From positions 7,192,001 through 7,256,000 of the forward strand of contig CM074514.1 in NCBI GenBank assembly GCA_037379345.1: a stretch of 64,000 nt of DNA, written 5' to 3'. A program made the position numbers and the translations under genes. Source of the stretch: Perna viridis (Eukaryota). Shown one piece after another: positions 60,215 to 64,000 of the stretch (its first letter is position 1; each line of letters opens with the position of its first letter). The notes under the pieces are model-generated. The model was not told the DNA's origin. It did not search any database and worked only from the letters and a program-made list of their open reading frames with translations.

Positions 60215-60550
60215 CTTTATATCAAAAAATGATTTTTCTAATATTAAAAAATAATTTTTAATATCAAAAATTCATTTCTTAAAATTTGAAAAATAAATTT
60301 ATAATATTAAAAAAATAAAAGAATGATTTTTTTTTATATCAGAAATTGATTTTTTAATATAAGAAATGAATTTTTGATATTACAAAATCAATTTCTAATA
60401 TTTAAAAATCAGTTTCTAATATTAGAAAATCATTATTTAATATATATGTAAATAAATTCTTCTATCAATTTTAGTATTAAAAAACTATATTTTAATATTA
60501 AAAATCCAATTTTTAATATTGAAAATGAATTTTTAATATTGAAAATTAAA
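60215..60550. repeat. AT-rich ~21-bp tandem array (aaaatgatttttctaatatta-like)
   Basis: Directly visible degenerate repetition. Confidence 0.75.
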
Positions 60551-61359
60551 ACTTTGTTATTAGTTTGACGCGTGTAAACATTTTCAATATTTAAAAAAAT
60601 CGAATAATTGTACAATGACTTGGTGAATATTAATAGGATAATTACTTGGAAAGAGTGAATAACCAAAATATTATTACGTGTGTCGAAGAACGCCTAAATT
60701 TAACGGGTGCGCGGAACTTACGAGTGAAATCCTCAAAAGCATTCTTGGCGCGAGTGATCATACCGTAAATCATACATTGTGTATTTTTATTTATCATTAT
60801 TTTTTTTTTATTTTATAAGTTCCACCGTAATTGTCACTTCAGTCCTAGCTTCAATGTCCACATCGTTTGTGCAATACGAAAAAACAACCTATACTCTGGG
60901 CAGGGAGTGTATATAAAGTCCCTGACTCAGGGTCACCTTAAACCAGAGATTAAATAAAACTGATGTTTTAATGTTTTATTAGTCCCAGCTTAAATCGTGA
61001 CATTGAGATATTTTTGAGATAACAACAAAAGAAAAAAAGACTGACCTTACGCAAATATAATGCATATTCTCCAAATCAGGGCAGATGCAAAGTGACTTGA
61101 TGAGCATTTGTTTTAAACAAATGGATTTTAACAAATACATATGTTATATTTAAAAAAAAGAATAAAAAACAATAACGCCTCCTCCCTTAGAAGTCGGATT
61201 TTAAATAAACTGAGCCACAAGATCCTAAATATAAATAAATATAAATGAAATAAAACAAGTTATATTTAGAGTCGGCATGAAACATAAGCTCTTTTGAACT
61301 AGTCTAATCCCGGAAATTCCAACACTCATTTTCCTACATCGATTTTCTAAATTTCCATC

Positions 61360-61422
61360 ATGGCGGCCACTGGAGTACTGCCGTTTGTTAGGGGTGTTGA
61401 TTTTACTCGTAATGACTTTCAG
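61360..61422 (+). CDS. FLII: Flightless-I homolog, coding exon 1 (gene continues beyond the window)
   Basis: [21 protein letters not shown]|gtaaag, nearly identical to the vertebrate FLII N-terminus [21 protein letters not shown]. Confidence 0.93.
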
Positions 61423-62249
61423 GTAAAGTTTTTACAATATATTTATAATATTTACATAGCTTCACATACAGAAAATATTTTCACTCAAAAAAAATAGGTA
61501 ATAGTCATGGTCTACCTATTTTCAACTGAGTTAGGACCGAGGGGTCGCTTCCTTCTAGATTTTGTACATGTAACATGTTATGATGTATCAAATATCTTCA
61601 TATGATTTATAATGGACTATCATATCATGATTTATAGGACAGTTCTTCGTGATGTAATCACTAACCTGTAATTTGGTTTTGGTTGGCAAAAAATCCATTT
61701 AGTAGCATGGGGCATCAACTTTAAATCATCATAACTTTTTAAAAAAATTTTAAGATGATAGAAAAATTCTTTTTGTTCCCTTTACTGCCAAAAAAAAAAC
61801 TCTTTTTATCCATGGAATTTTTAAATGATTATTCAGTAATTAGACTGTGTGCATAAATTTATAAAAATAATTTTATTATTAAAAAATAAAATATAATATA
61901 AAATAATTTTATATGAAAATGAGGTTTACATGTAAAAATCATTTCAAATTTATTTTTTCAAGTAAAATATCTATACATTCACATACAAATTATGAAATAT
62001 TTTATCTAATTGAAACATTTAACAGAAATTGGATATAAATTAACAAAGTTATTAAGTTTTGAAAATTGGGATTCTGATCATGAAATTGTCATTTGTTTAT
62101 TTAGTTATTTATTTGCCAACCAATATGACACTTACTGATATGCAAATTAGTAAATATGATACCACTAATGAGATTGGTGAACTTTCCTATTGTTTGTGGT
62201 AAATTTCATGAATAACATTGGATCAATCCTTTTGTCACAAGATTTACAT

Positions 62250-62650
62250 CATCTTCAGCAGGCTATGAATTACTTTCAATCTAGAAACTGCAACATTACT
62301 ACTACAAGAAAAGAATAAACTGGAAAAGTTGGAAAGAAAATTCCTGAAACAGGTTCAGACAGATATGCAGCAATAGCAACAGTGTATGCTCTTTTTGTAA
62401 CCATTCTAATTACGGCCCAGGAAGAATTCACTCATTACGTTCTTCTACATATCCAACCAACCAGAATGTTTAGAATATGAATTCGCATTATGTCAACTAG
62501 ACATAGTTGAAAAGAGAAACAGTTGGTTCATTCAAGTCAGATACCTGGATGTACTACAGAATGAGCTGCCAACAGCATTCAAGCTAATGGAATGTTTAAG
62601 CTAAACCATGTTAAAGACAAGATGGTTGATGAATACTGGGGGAAGAAATT
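62250..62650 (+). mobile_element. Decayed LINE post-RT fragment in FLII intron 1
   Basis: KLEKLERKFLKQVQ...ATVYAL...NSWFIQVR...LPTA. Confidence 0.5.
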
Positions 62651-64000
62651 TTGATCTGAGAAAAAGGAAAATAGATTTTTTTAAGTATCTCATTCTCACA
62701 ATTTAAAAAAAACTCATCCCAATAACCACACATCTGGTCATTTACAGAAAAACATCATTCAAGACATAAGGCATAATCTATAATTCGGTGTATAGGAAGA
62801 GTGAATAGGAATAGTCTTGAATAGGAAGAAATCATTCTTAAACCCTAGAATATTTTATCACATTGATATGAAGTTGTATCTTATTATGGACATGTTGTCT
62901 AATAAATGAACAAATAAAATAAGTTTAATCCTGTAATTCCATTTTCTTCACTTGCAAATGTACATGTACATGTAGAATTAGTAATTGTAATAGAATATAG
63001 TGAGTGATCAGATTATCATTGAGAACTTGTTTCTTAGTAGCATGTTTCTAGTCTCATTCCTAAAAAAAAGAAGATAATTCATGTAAATCGTCTCTGTTCT
63101 GTCATTATGATGAGTGCACTGGTATTGTTGGTGATACATTATGGGACAAATCAACCTGCACAGACATACATTGTTTAGTGGGCATTATTTTCAAATTGAT
63201 AGTTATACAATATAGTAATTGATAAATGAATAACTGTATCTTGAAGTGGCAGTCCATTGTCCAGTAGGTTTCCATGGTTTTTTAATAAGTTATTACCCTT
63301 TGCTTGCCCTTATCAAAACAAAGTGTCACTTCATACCCCCTTACACACAAAAACTGTGATCTAAACCTGTCAATTAACAATTTTCTTGTTTTACCATTGT
63401 AAACAATACAGGGGCCACTCATTGACCTAATAAATTAAATAGTTAATCAAAGAACACAAAATGTTCTTTACCTTTTATGATTAATTACTTTGATTTTGAA
63501 CTCAACTTGCATATCCTTCATTCAAATAGGTTCTGCCAGTTTTATTCATTATCCGAGTTATCAAAACAGGTGAAATATTCACTGAATTGCTTGGAACTGA
63601 TGAAAATTAAGTGTACTTGATAACTTCTCCCAATTTAAGATTCCTCTTGGCTTCTAAAAAATTGTAATAAAATTTAACATTTTTAAAGTAAAATGGGATT
63701 TTATAAAATAGATACCTACCATCATAAATTAAAGGTCCCTCCCAGCCTCCCCTTCATCCCCTGTTATTTTTTTGTATTGCTTCTTGCTTACTTTTGAAAT
63801 TAAATGGAGGAATAAAGGGTACATGGCTACTATAAGATCCTCCCATTGGATGATATTTTTAGATAAGGGACTCCGCCTGCTTGACTTGCGCAGATGGACT
63901 TACTCAGAATTTATGATGGTAATGTATTTATTGTAATAAAATTGCCATCATTTTGGTTGTTTATTACCTGGAAGTGGTAGAGTTATCTCTCTTCAGTCAA

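Noticed and set aside
63863-63918. AG...GT-bounded segment as FLII exon 2
   Set aside because: The translation does not resemble the expected FLII LRR continuation.

Overview
AT-rich animal genomic DNA, most likely a bivalve mollusc such as an oyster (inferred from repeat types and composition), with one 130-N gap. Host genes: a complete 3-coding-exon SLC10 (Na+/bile-acid symporter family) gene on the minus strand (12167-16650) and exon 1 of flightless-I at 61360. The rest is mostly mobile DNA. (1) A decayed but full-length Polinton/Maverick (alpha-adintovirus type) at 20276-31671, with TIRs and a 6-bp TSD. (2) A second, unrelated, GC-rich and deletion-riddled Polinton (beta type, PLA2 fused to integrase) at ~42040-57790. 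(3) A young BEL/Pao LTR retrotransposon (46480-53379) inserted in the ATPase gene of the second Polinton. (4) A deleted BEL remnant, two copies of a structured SINE-like element, and Penelope, LINE and MITE fragments. Best candidates for something new: an array of five same-phase alternative terminal exons (2551-6298) downstream of one shared exon, three of them carrying a [ILV]Yx[VI][ML][YH]P motif; a BEL U5 region that is antisense to the 5' half of its primer tRNA-iMet; and a repeated TAGATAAAT(G) element before the structural genes of the beta Polinton. All family assignments come from recognising motifs by eye; no searches were run.
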